64,000 bases of DNA, taken from IMG/VR virus record IMGVR_UViG_3300028920_000028, one strand, 5' to 3'. Source of the stretch: an uncultured virus (IMG/VR IMGVR_UViG_3300028920_000028). Lineage: Duplodnaviria > Heunggongvirae > Uroviricota > Caudoviricetes. Below are positions 1-19,541 of the stretch, in pieces (the first letter of the stretch is position 1; the number at the start of each line of letters is the position of its first letter). The position numbers and the translations under genes are program-made. The notes below the pieces were generated by a model, which saw nothing but the letters and a program-made list of their open reading frames with translations, was not told the origin of the DNA and ran no database searches.

Positions 1-11664
<11,664 letters not shown>

Positions 11665-11685
11665 TTAGGGAGCGCCCCCGCTACA

Positions 11686-14454
11686 TCAAAAGTGGAGGAT
11701 TATGTACCGCGACAAGGACGCGCTACCGAGGCTACCCAGCATGAACTTCGTCCACGATCCGCTTGACCTTGAGGCGAGCGTGTGGCCTATGGCCCCCAGC
11801 GGACCGCCCGAACTGCCCGGGTCGTTCCTGACGCTGGTCGACGGGATGTAGATGTCTCCGGCCCCCGTGTTCGCCCCCGCGCCGTTGATCGCGCTTGCGG
11901 GCACCTCCAGTTCGTACGTGTTTCCGTTCCTCGACCCTGTCCGTATCCTGATGGATATCAGCTGCACGTCCGCGTGCGGGCCAGATGGCGCGGTCAGCAC
12001 TCCGCCCGTCCTGCTCGGCGACCCCACGTGGGAGAAGTTGAAGCCGAGCGAGTACGAGCAGTCGGTGCCCGACGCGGCCCCGGTGTTGTCCGTGGTCACG
12101 TTAAACGCGTCTGCGGTGTGCGTGACGATTGTGGTCGCCAAATACTCCACGTTGGAGTTGCGGATGATGACCCTGTCGCCATCGGCGTGTCCGTGCGCCG
12201 TGTTGTTAATTGTCAACGTCGTGCCGAGCTTGGACCAGCTTTGCTTCGCGTACGTGGTCGACGCCGACACGCACCACACCTCGATGCCCGTGTCGCCGCC
12301 CGCCTGATATCTGCTCACCTGGCCGTACAGTTCCGTGTCCGAGAACGTCCCCGTGCCGGTCGCCCCCATGACCCCGGCCCCGGTGACGCCCTGCGCCCCC
12401 GTGGACCCCTGTATCCCCTGCAGGCCCTGAAGTCCCGTCTCGCCCTTGCCGACGGGACCGGTTTCGCCCTGCGCCCCCTGCTCGCCCGTCTCGCCCTGGT
12501 CGCCGACGGCTCCGGTCTCGCCTTGGTCGCCCTGCGCGCCCGGCAGCCCCGTCGCCCCGGCAAGCCCGGTCGATCCGACACCCGTCACTCCGAGGCCCGT
12601 GAGGCCTTGGTCGCCCGTGGCGCCCTGGGATCCGGGGAGGCCCGTGTCACCCTGCAGGCCGGTGGTCCCCTTGCCCTGCGCCCCGGTGACACCCTGCGCG
12701 CCCTCGACACCCGTCGGCCCGGCGAGTCCGGTCGCCCCCCACGGTAGGAACTTGCCGGTGGCGCCCTGCAACCCCGTCGGCCCGGGCAGCCCCGTATCCC
12801 CGACCATCCCGGTGACGCCCAGCCCAGTGAGGCCCTGCGCCCCAGTCACACCCTGGAACCCGGTCGGCCCTATCCCGACGCCGACGGGCAGTTCGAACTC
12901 GGTGCTCGCGACCCCTATTTCCACCATGTCCGGGGTGCCGGCCACCTTCTCAAGGCGAAGGAACAAATAATCCTTGTTGCTTGCCTCCGATGCCAGCACC
13001 GGGAAGGTCATGATGTGGAACTCGTTGACCGTCGAGGCGCCGGACCACGTCTGCGTGCTCGTGGTGAGGGCGCCGAGCGAACTCATGTCGTCGCCGTTGT
13101 CGAATCCCTTGTAGGACAGCCTCATCGCCGCCTCGGCCGTCCCGGTCGCCCCCGCGAGGATTCCCGCGTGCATGTTCATGTCGGCGATGCCGTCCCACTC
13201 GTGCGGGACGCGTATGACCGCCTCGGCCTTGTCGCCTACATCATCATAGGTGAGTATGTCCCCGAGGGCGCCGTAGGACCAGCCCTCGACCACCCCATTG
13301 AGTTTCCAGCCCTCGAGGGGCAGTATCTTCTCGAAGGTGTCGAACGTCGCAAGCCCGGGGCCTGTTGCCCCGACTGCGCCGGTTTCCCCCTGTGCGCCTT
13401 CCACCCCGGTCTCGCCGGGAGGGCCGCCGTATGCGCCGGTCGGTCCTACCGCACCCCGTGTGCCTGTGTACCCTTGCGCCCCGGTCGGGCCCTGCGCCCC
13501 GTCCAAGGCCACGGCGGACAGGCAGGCCTTGGTAAGGACATCAGCCCTCGCTGCGGGTATCTTCCAGAAAACATCGATGTCGTGCGTTCCGATTGGGAGA
13601 TCATCGGTTGTCAGGTGGAATGTGCTCGACTGCGGATTGGAGGTGGAGTACTCCGTCCACTCCCCCGTCACGCCCCCGCAATTGACGAGGAAGGTGATGT
13701 CATGATCAGCGCCGAGGCTGTAGAAGTCAGCCGTCAGCATGTTGAGGACGCGGGCGGGTCCGTTCAAGGTGATGGACGATTCAAGCCCGGTAATGGGCTG
13801 GTATTCGGAGGTGCCCGTTTCGTTGTAGACCGTTTCGACGCAGTCGGCCGCGACGACCATGTCGTCGATGACGCCCGGGCCCGTCGGACCCATCAGACCC
13901 GTGTACCCCTGCGAACCCTGCGCCCCGGTGTACCCCTGTGCGCCGGTTTCGCCCTGGCTCCCCGTGTCGCCCTGCGACCCCTGCAGGCCCGTCGGCCCGA
14001 TGAGCCCCGTGATCCCCTCGGCCCCGGTGAAGCCCTGCGCGCCGGTCTCGCCTTGGGACCCCGTGTCGCCCTGGGCGCCCTGTATCCCGGTCGCGCCCTG
14101 CAGCCCCGTGTTGCCTATCCCGGTGAGGCCGTCGATGCGCTGCTCGATCTGGCTGATGGCGTCCTGCACGTCGGTGGCGGATATGCCCGTGATGGGGTCG
14201 AACGAGATGCCGGACGCGGGCAGCCTGTCGACGTGGATGTCGGTGTAGAGGTTCCAGACCGTTCCGCTGAGCCCGTTGATGTCCTGCACGGCGCCGGTGC
14301 AGCACTCCTCCAAAGCATCGATGTCCTGCTGCGCGCCGGTCAGCCCCCACTGCAGCGAGTCGATCGCCGCCGAGAACCCGAGCGCGTCACCCTCGAGTCC
14401 CGTGAGGAGGGCGTTGATGTCGCCATCGAACCACCTGCGTGTTACTTTGCTCAT
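11686..14454 (-). CDS. Collagen-like fibre protein (922 aa): N-terminal coiled coil, several G-X-T tracts separated by globular domains, C-terminal beta-rich domain
   Basis: ORF track; [23 protein letters not shown] tracts; heptad-like segments LTGAQQDIDALEECC and DVQDAISQIEQRIDGL. Confidence 0.9.
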   Translation of the reverse strand: MSKVTRRWFDGDINALLTGLEGDALGFSAAIDSLQWGLTGAQQDIDALEECCTGAVQDINGLSGTVWNLYTDIHVDRLPASGISFDPITGISATDVQDAISQIEQRIDGLTGIGNTGLQGATGIQGAQGDTGSQGETGAQGFTGAEGITGLIGPTGLQGSQGDTGSQGETGAQGYTGAQGSQGYTGLMGPTGPGVIDDMVVAADCVETVYNETGTSEYQPITGLESSITLNGPARVLNMLTADFYSLGADHDITFLVNCGGVTGEWTEYSTSNPQSSTFHLTTDDLPIGTHDIDVFWKIPAARADVLTKACLSAVALDGAQGPTGAQGYTGTRGAVGPTGAYGGPPGETGVEGAQGETGAVGATGPGLATFDTFEKILPLEGWKLNGVVEGWSYGALGDILTYDDVGDKAEAVIRVPHEWDGIADMNMHAGILAGATGTAEAAMRLSYKGFDNGDDMSSLGALTTSTQTWSGASTVNEFHIMTFPVLASEASNKDYLFLRLEKVAGTPDMVEIGVASTEFELPVGVGIGPTGFQGVTGAQGLTGLGVTGMVGDTGLPGPTGLQGATGKFLPWGATGLAGPTGVEGAQGVTGAQGKGTTGLQGDTGLPGSQGATGDQGLTGLGVTGVGSTGLAGATGLPGAQGDQGETGAVGDQGETGEQGAQGETGPVGKGETGLQGLQGIQGSTGAQGVTGAGVMGATGTGTFSDTELYGQVSRYQAGGDTGIEVWCVSASTTYAKQSWSKLGTTLTINNTAHGHADGDRVIIRNSNVEYLATTIVTHTADAFNVTTDNTGAASGTDCSYSLGFNFSHVGSPSRTGGVLTAPSGPHADVQLISIRIRTGSRNGNTYELEVPASAINGAGANTGAGDIYIPSTSVRNDPGSSGGPLGAIGHTLASRSSGSWTKFMLGSLGSASLSRYIILHF

Positions 14455-14548
14455 TAGTTGTCCCCTGCGAGGATCAGGGCCGGTCGCCGCGCGGCGCGCA
14501 GGAACAGCCCGCGCCGCGCGGCGTGTGAACGTTCACTGGGGCCTTTCG

Positions 14549-14601
14549 ATTAATACATTATTTCAGCCCGACTTCAGGGCCGAACCTGATAGTCTATTAA
14601 T
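14549..14601. promoter_or_regulatory. Two divergent copies of an AT-rich motif (candidate phage late promoters)
   Basis: AATGTATTAAT on the minus strand (14549-14559) points to the collagen genes. AGTCTATTAAT on the plus strand (14591-14601) points to 14663. A related GATCTACTAAT lies at 25767-25777 (minus). Confidence 0.4.
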
Positions 14602-14662
14602 TTTCAAGTCATCGGAGACAGTCCGTTGGGCCGCTCGCGGCCTTGGCCACCAGGAGAGCAGC

Positions 14663-14896
14663 ATGGACGAGCAGGCCTTGAGGGACGGACAGGTCTGGGA
14701 GAGCGATGGGTCCCTCATACAGGTGAACGAAACGGGGGGCGGCTACGTCGTCGCGAATTTCAGGGTTTCCGGGGGGAGTCTGGAATACACGGACTCGGTT
14801 GTGTACAAGGACGCGAACAGGCTGATCAGGCTTCTGAAGAGGCTCGGCATGAAGCCGACGGACAAGGTGATAACGCTTTGCGAGGCCGGGAGCTGA
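14663..14896 (+). CDS. Hypothetical protein (77 aa), one copy of a ~70-aa repeated domain
   Basis: AGGAG ribosome-binding site, then ATG MDEQALRDGQVWESDG...; similar to both halves of the next ORF. Confidence 0.75.
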   Translation: MDEQALRDGQVWESDGSLIQVNETGGGYVVANFRVSGGSLEYTDSVVYKDANRLIRLLKRLGMKPTDKVITLCEAGS

Positions 14897-15378
14897 GGGA
14901 CGGGGACACGTGGAGGTCACGGGACAGAATAGCCTTGGTCAACCTCCGGGGCGGGATGCTGTCGCTGGTGATCTTCCACGCGTCGGGGAACACGGTAGCC
15001 TTCGAAAGGATACTTGAGATGCCATCAGAGGACAAGGCCCGGGCGCACCTTTCGGGCGAGGGGTACGCAAAGTCGGACGGCAGGATACGCATGGCGGATC
15101 GCAGGGCGGCAAAGCCCATATCCCCCGCCAAGGGCCAGGACACGATGCCGGTCGAGCCCGGTCAGATCTGGCAGAACGGCCGCGTTGTGGTCAGCGTGCA
15201 GAAGGCGATCGAGGGGCTGAACCTCGTCGAATTCGAAATCAAGGGCAGGGGCCTCAAGTTCACGGACGCCAAGCCGTTCAGGGACCCCACAAGGGCCGCC
15301 CGCTACATCGAGAGCCTGAACTGCGGGCTCACGAACAAAGTGCTCTCCGCGGCCGCGCCGTCGGCGTCCGCCATCTAG
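14878..15378 (+). CDS. Hypothetical protein (~166 aa), two copies of the same ~70-aa domain
   Basis: Probable TTG start after AAGGTGA; units ELRDGDTWRSRD... and PVEPGQIWQNGR.... Start uncertain. Confidence 0.65.
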   Translation: MRGRELRDGDTWRSRDRIALVNLRGGMLSLVIFHASGNTVAFERILEMPSEDKARAHLSGEGYAKSDGRIRMADRRAAKPISPAKGQDTMPVEPGQIWQNGRVVVSVQKAIEGLNLVEFEIKGRGLKFTDAKPFRDPTRAARYIESLNCGLTNKVLSAAAPSASAI

Positions 15379-15662
15379 CACCCGCACCGCTTCATGATGT
15401 CCGTGAACGTCCGCGCGTGCCTCGACCTCGAGGCGTAGCCGACCCTGTCGCGGCCCTCGGCCTGCGACTCGCAGCACTCCCTGGCGGCGAAGGCCAAGAC
15501 CCATCTGCGCCTGTTCGACTCGCGCCTGAACCCCATCGTGCGGGATCGGTGCAGGCCGATCAGCAGCCACTTGTCGATGGTCCCGTCCGTGAAGGCGTCG
15601 CCTATCTTGAAAGCCCTCTTCGCGCAGAACTTTCGAAGGTCGGACGCGGTCAGCTCCAGCAT
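15375..15662 (-). CDS. Hypothetical protein (95 aa)
   Basis: MLELTASDLRKFCAKRAF...; start overlaps the end of the upstream small ORF. Confidence 0.5.
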   Translation of the reverse strand: MLELTASDLRKFCAKRAFKIGDAFTDGTIDKWLLIGLHRSRTMGFRRESNRRRWVLAFAARECCESQAEGRDRVGYASRSRHARTFTDIMKRCGC

Positions 15663-15787
15663 TCGCGCATCTTCTTCATGTTCGGCATCGGGCGCCACGG
15701 CTTGCTGTGGCCGAAAGAGACGACCGCCACGAGCGCGGCCACGCCGGCCATGGCGAAAAAGACGCCGAGTAACAAGTGCTTCAACAT
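15650..15787 (-). CDS. Small membrane protein (45 aa)
   Basis: Manual translation MLKHLLLGVFFAMAGVAALVAVVSFGHSKPWRPMPNMKKMRECWS; one transmembrane segment. Confidence 0.5.
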   Translation of the reverse strand: MLKHLLLGVFFAMAGVAALVAVVSFGHSKPWRPMPNMKKMRECWS

Positions 15788-15847
15788 AGCTTCGACCCGC
15801 TGTAAGAAATGTGTATGTGTTTTCCTTACGGGCGTTGACCCGCAAGG

Positions 15848-16402
15848 CTATGATTTCGCCCTTTTTACCCTCGCATACGCAATCGTCGCCGAGGCCACGG
15901 CTATGACGGCTGCCATCACCGCGCCGACCACCTCGATCAGCTTCATGGCCACGTTGACGCCGTCGATGACCCTCTCGTTGTTGCCGTGGATGTTCTTGAG
16001 GATCTCGGTCATCTTTTCCTGGCCCACCTCGAACTCGACCATCTTCTTGTCTATCGCCCGCATCTCCGTGGCGAACTCGCGGTAGGTCACGTACTGACCC
16101 GACGTCGGCGGACCCGACCCCCCGGCCGCGGCCCTGGGCTCCGACGTGAACGACGAGAGGCCGTTGAGGCCTACTGCCGCCGCCAGCCCAAGTTCGCCAA
16201 CGCTGTCAGCCGGCCCCTCAGCCGGCCCCTCCGGCGGCGGCATCTCCTGCGGCGGGGGGACCGTGACCTGCTGCCTGTACACGAATCCCTTGACCTGCTT
16301 CTGCCCAAGCTCCTCCGTCTTCTCGAGGAGGCTGTCAAGATCCTCCCCTCCCATCGCGGACGCGCAGGCGACCGACGCGCACACCAGCATGAGCCATCTC
16401 AT
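15848..16402 (-). CDS. Exported or membrane-anchored protein (184 aa): signal peptide, Pro-rich linker, coiled coil, C-terminal TM helix
   Basis: MRWLMLVCASVACASAMG... and ...VVGAVMAAVIAVASATIAYARVKRAKS. Confidence 0.7.
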   Translation of the reverse strand: MRWLMLVCASVACASAMGGEDLDSLLEKTEELGQKQVKGFVYRQQVTVPPPQEMPPPEGPAEGPADSVGELGLAAAVGLNGLSSFTSEPRAAAGGSGPPTSGQYVTYREFATEMRAIDKKMVEFEVGQEKMTEILKNIHGNNERVIDGVNVAMKLIEVVGAVMAAVIAVASATIAYARVKRAKS

Positions 16403-16416
16403 ACAGCACCCCCGTG

Positions 16417-17400
16417 TCATTTCTCCTCGGGCAGCCCGCAAGCCCTGAGGCAGTCCTTCACGTAGGGATGCAATGAGGACATTATCACGGAGGTCTCCGT
16501 GACCTCGGTGTGGTGGGAGTCCAACTTGACTGCGTCGGCGGTGCACTCCGACCACCTGTCGAACTTGGGGTACACAAGGAAGCACGCGTTGATGCTGTGA
16601 ACGTCGATGCCCCCGGGTCCGTCCGGGAAGATGGTCTCGGCCGTGTGGACGAGCGGCCCGACCACGCAACCCAGCCCGAGCTCCTCCCTGACCTTGCGCG
16701 CCGCAGCCTCCTTCATCGTCTCGCCCTTCATCACCCGCCCCCCGGGGAGCCACCACTGCCCCTGGGCCGGCTTGTCCGCGCGCTTGACCAGCAGCACCAT
16801 GCCGCAGTAGATGACGGCGACATCGACGCACGCTATCGGCGCGGCCCGAAGAACCTCCCGGTAGAGATCCTCCTCGATGAGGTTGGGGTCGAAGTCGCTC
16901 GACCTGACGATCGTTCGAAGCGCCGCGCCCACGTCTCCGTCCGTAAGCCCGAGGCGCGAGTCGGTCCGCACGAGCCTCTCACCGTGCGGGGCTATGTCGG
17001 CGGTGTCGTCGTCCAGCACAACGTATCCGTCGATGCCGCCCTCGTAGGTGCGCATCCACTCCGTTATCTCGTGCCCGCGGCCCCACGAGAGCCCCGCCCT
17101 CCTTCGGAAGTCCTTGCACGCGCTCAGATTAGGGGTCATGCCAATGATCCTGCGCGTGTCGAACGGCTCGGGGTCGGGTGCCCCGCGGGACTTGTGCCGG
17201 TTGCCGCCGCCGAGAAACAGCGCCCTGAGGCTGTCCACAGTCTCGCCGCGCCTCCGCGTGCTTGTCACGACCGCGTGGGCGTCGGCCTCCTTGAGTATCA
17301 CGTTCAGCCGCCGGACGCAGTCCGGGTCGAAATGGCTGTAATCCGTTTTGTCGTTGGCTATTACGCCGTCCACGTCCAAGAACACCACCCTCACGGCCAC
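16417..17400 (-). CDS. HAD phosphatase (Swiss-army-knife RNA-repair type) fused to a GDP-mannose mannosyl hydrolase-like Nudix domain
   Basis: VFLDVDGV, VVTSTRR, RGHEITEW, YVVLDD (HAD). PIACVDV, LLVKR, WWLPGGRVMKGETMKEAAARKVREELG (Nudix box). Confidence 0.85.
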   Translation of the reverse strand: MAVRVVFLDVDGVIANDKTDYSHFDPDCVRRLNVILKEADAHAVVTSTRRRGETVDSLRALFLGGGNRHKSRGAPDPEPFDTRRIIGMTPNLSACKDFRRRAGLSWGRGHEITEWMRTYEGGIDGYVVLDDDTADIAPHGERLVRTDSRLGLTDGDVGAALRTIVRSSDFDPNLIEEDLYREVLRAAPIACVDVAVIYCGMVLLVKRADKPAQGQWWLPGGRVMKGETMKEAAARKVREELGLGCVVGPLVHTAETIFPDGPGGIDVHSINACFLVYPKFDRWSECTADAVKLDSHHTEVTETSVIMSSLHPYVKDCLRACGLPEEK

Positions 17401-17460
17401 CTCCCTTCGCTCCCTTCAACATACCATCCGGAATTGACGTTTTTAACGCACAAGATTTAG

Positions 17461-17490
17461 TTTACACGGGTGGTTTTGAAAAAGTATATT
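17461..17490 (+). promoter_or_regulatory. Sigma70-like early promoter
   Basis: TTTACA-N18-TATATT with AAAAG before the -10, followed by a GGAGG ribosome-binding site for coaC. Confidence 0.65.
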
Positions 17491-17509
17491 AAGTTGGAGG
17501 AAACGGCAC

Positions 17510-18091
17510 ATGAAGATTCTGTTGGGAGTGACAGGAAGCATAGCGGCCTACAAGGCGGCGTCGGTGACGAGCGCCTTGGTCTCCCGCGGCCACGAGGTGA
17601 GGGTGTGCATGACCGAGGCTGCGACGAAGTTCGTCGGCCCGGTCACCTTCTCCGCCCTCTCCCACCAGCCCGTGATCCTCGACGAGGACGAGTTCAGGGC
17701 CGACGGCCACATCCTGCACATCGAGATGGCGCAGGAGTGGGCGGAAAAGGTGGTGGTCGCGCCCGCCTCGTACGACTTCATCGGGAAGATCCTGGGCATG
17801 CGCGCGGACGACGCGCTGTCGGCCATCTGCGCCGCCTGGAGGACCAACATACTCGTGTGCCCCGCCATGAACGACGTTATGTGGCGGAACTTGGCCCGCG
17901 ATTTACAAGAAGGAGCCATGCAGGATCGTGTGCGCGTGCACGAGGATCCGTCCGACCACATCATGGGGTGGGACTACCGCACTTTGGATATCTTGGCGCC
18001 GGCCGCCAAGAAGCTGGCGTGCGGCACCGAGGGGACGGGTGCGCTGCGCCCCACAAGGGACATCGTCACATTCATCGAAAGCAGGGGATAG
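17510..18091 (+). CDS. coaC: Phosphopantothenoylcysteine decarboxylase-like flavoprotein (HFCD family)
   Basis: ILLGVTGSIAAYKA, MTEAATKFV, HIEMA, VVAPAS, PAMNDVMW, KKLACG (catalytic His and Cys present). Confidence 0.9.
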   Translation: MKILLGVTGSIAAYKAASVTSALVSRGHEVRVCMTEAATKFVGPVTFSALSHQPVILDEDEFRADGHILHIEMAQEWAEKVVVAPASYDFIGKILGMRADDALSAICAAWRTNILVCPAMNDVMWRNLARDLQEGAMQDRVRVHEDPSDHIMGWDYRTLDILAPAAKKLACGTEGTGALRPTRDIVTFIESRG

Positions 18092-18093
18092 CA

Positions 18094-18540
18094 ATGTTCT
18101 GGAGAAGGAAAAAGGAGGAGCCGAAATTCTCGGACGACACGAAGGACATCGTCAAGTACGTGTGGAAGTGCACGGTCAACTGCTCCGCCCGGTGGTACTG
18201 GGACGGCGTGACACACCGGTTCGGCATCAAGTTCGCCTGGGACTGCAGGGACCTCGGCTGCAGCTTTAGGCTCATCCCCGACGAAAAGGGCGGGTTTTCC
18301 TTTCTGATCAAGAGGCTGAAGGACAAAATCTGCGTCGCGGACCTCGACGCCGGGCTCTTCCAAGCGGCCCTGCTGCAGGCCTTGGAGCCGGAAACGGGAG
18401 AGATCGAGACGCCGCCCAACTGCCTCAAGCTCATGCACGAGATGCTGATGGACCGCTTGAACCGCGCGTCCAAGAAGATGACACACGGCACGATGAGGCA
18501 GATCGCGAACAAGATCAGGAAACTGGAGGGCGAAAAATGA
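18094..18540 (+). CDS. Hypothetical protein (148 aa) between coaC and coaB
   Basis: MFWRRKKEEPKFSDDTKDIVKYVW...; tightly packed, with an ATGA overlap to coaB. Confidence 0.75.
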   Translation: MFWRRKKEEPKFSDDTKDIVKYVWKCTVNCSARWYWDGVTHRFGIKFAWDCRDLGCSFRLIPDEKGGFSFLIKRLKDKICVADLDAGLFQAALLQALEPETGEIETPPNCLKLMHEMLMDRLNRASKKMTHGTMRQIANKIRKLEGEK

Positions 18541-19289
18541 GGAGAAAGGTCATGGTCACGGCCGGGGGCACCCGGGAGTACATCGACGACGTCCGCGTCG
18601 TGACGAACATATCCTCCGGCGCGCTCGGCTGCAAGATCGCCGAGGCGTTCCTCGAAAACGGGGCGCACGTGTTCTACGTCCACAGCAAGGGTGCCCCGAT
18701 GCCGGTCATCCTGGAGGACGGCCTATCGAGGCTGACGACGGAGCAGTTCGTCACCACGGGCGACTTGATGGACACGATGGGGTCGTTCTGCAAGGGCATG
18801 GGCATGGACGTGGTCGTCCACTCCGCCGCCGTCAGCGACTTCACCTTCAGGCGCGACGTCCCCGTCAAGGTCAGCTCCGACAGCGAGGAGGGCTTCATCG
18901 AGCACCTCCGCCAGGCCATCGTGCGCACGCCCAAGATCGTCAAGAGCGTCAAGCAATGGTGCCCCGGGTGCACGTTGGTCAGCTTCAAGTTCACCGTCGG
19001 CAAGAGCCGGGACGACCTGCTCAACATAGCCTGGCACGCGGGGAGGGGGTGCGGCGCCGACTTCGTCGTGGCCAACGACAAGGAGGAGATGAAGCGGAAC
19101 AGAAGCCACACCGCCTACCTGGTGAATGTCCGGGAGGAGCCGCTCGATTTCGACGGGGGCAAATGCGGCCATTTCTTCCGCATGGAGGACAAGGACCAGA
19201 TCGCAAAACTGCTGGTCAAGGCATCGCACGGCTTCCTCACCGGCGGCGTTGGCACGCGCTTCAGGCTAACGGAAAAAGGTGCCAAATGA
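18537..19289 (+). CDS. coaB: Phosphopantothenate--cysteine ligase
   Basis: VMVTAGGTREYIDDVRVVTNISSGALG, HSAAVSDF, TPKIV, LVSFK, DFVVAND. Confidence 0.9.
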   Translation: MRRKVMVTAGGTREYIDDVRVVTNISSGALGCKIAEAFLENGAHVFYVHSKGAPMPVILEDGLSRLTTEQFVTTGDLMDTMGSFCKGMGMDVVVHSAAVSDFTFRRDVPVKVSSDSEEGFIEHLRQAIVRTPKIVKSVKQWCPGCTLVSFKFTVGKSRDDLLNIAWHAGRGCGADFVVANDKEEMKRNRSHTAYLVNVREEPLDFDGGKCGHFFRMEDKDQIAKLLVKASHGFLTGGVGTRFRLTEKGAK

Positions 19290-19447
19290 GGGCGCTCGCT
19301 CTGTTCCTGGCGTGCAGCTCGCTGGCGCTGTGCCTGGTCCTGCGCTGCGGACCGGGGGCGGGAGAGGACACGGGGATCCTATTGGCGGGTTGGGGGTGGG
19401 TCTCCTTTTTCGCCGGGGCGTTCATCATCCACGACAGGGGATTGTAG
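19286..19447 (+). CDS. Small two-TM membrane protein (53 aa)
   Basis: MRALALFLACSSLALCLVL...ILLAGWGWVSFFAGAFII; ATGA overlap with coaB. Confidence 0.55.
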   Translation: MRALALFLACSSLALCLVLRCGPGAGEDTGILLAGWGWVSFFAGAFIIHDRGL

Positions 19448-19541
19448 GTGAGGAAGGATCTCAAGGGGGCCATCGAGTCGGGCAAGTTCACGTGGACGGC
19501 GCAATCGGCAAGCGGCAGGACAGGATGAGGGGGCGTTGACA

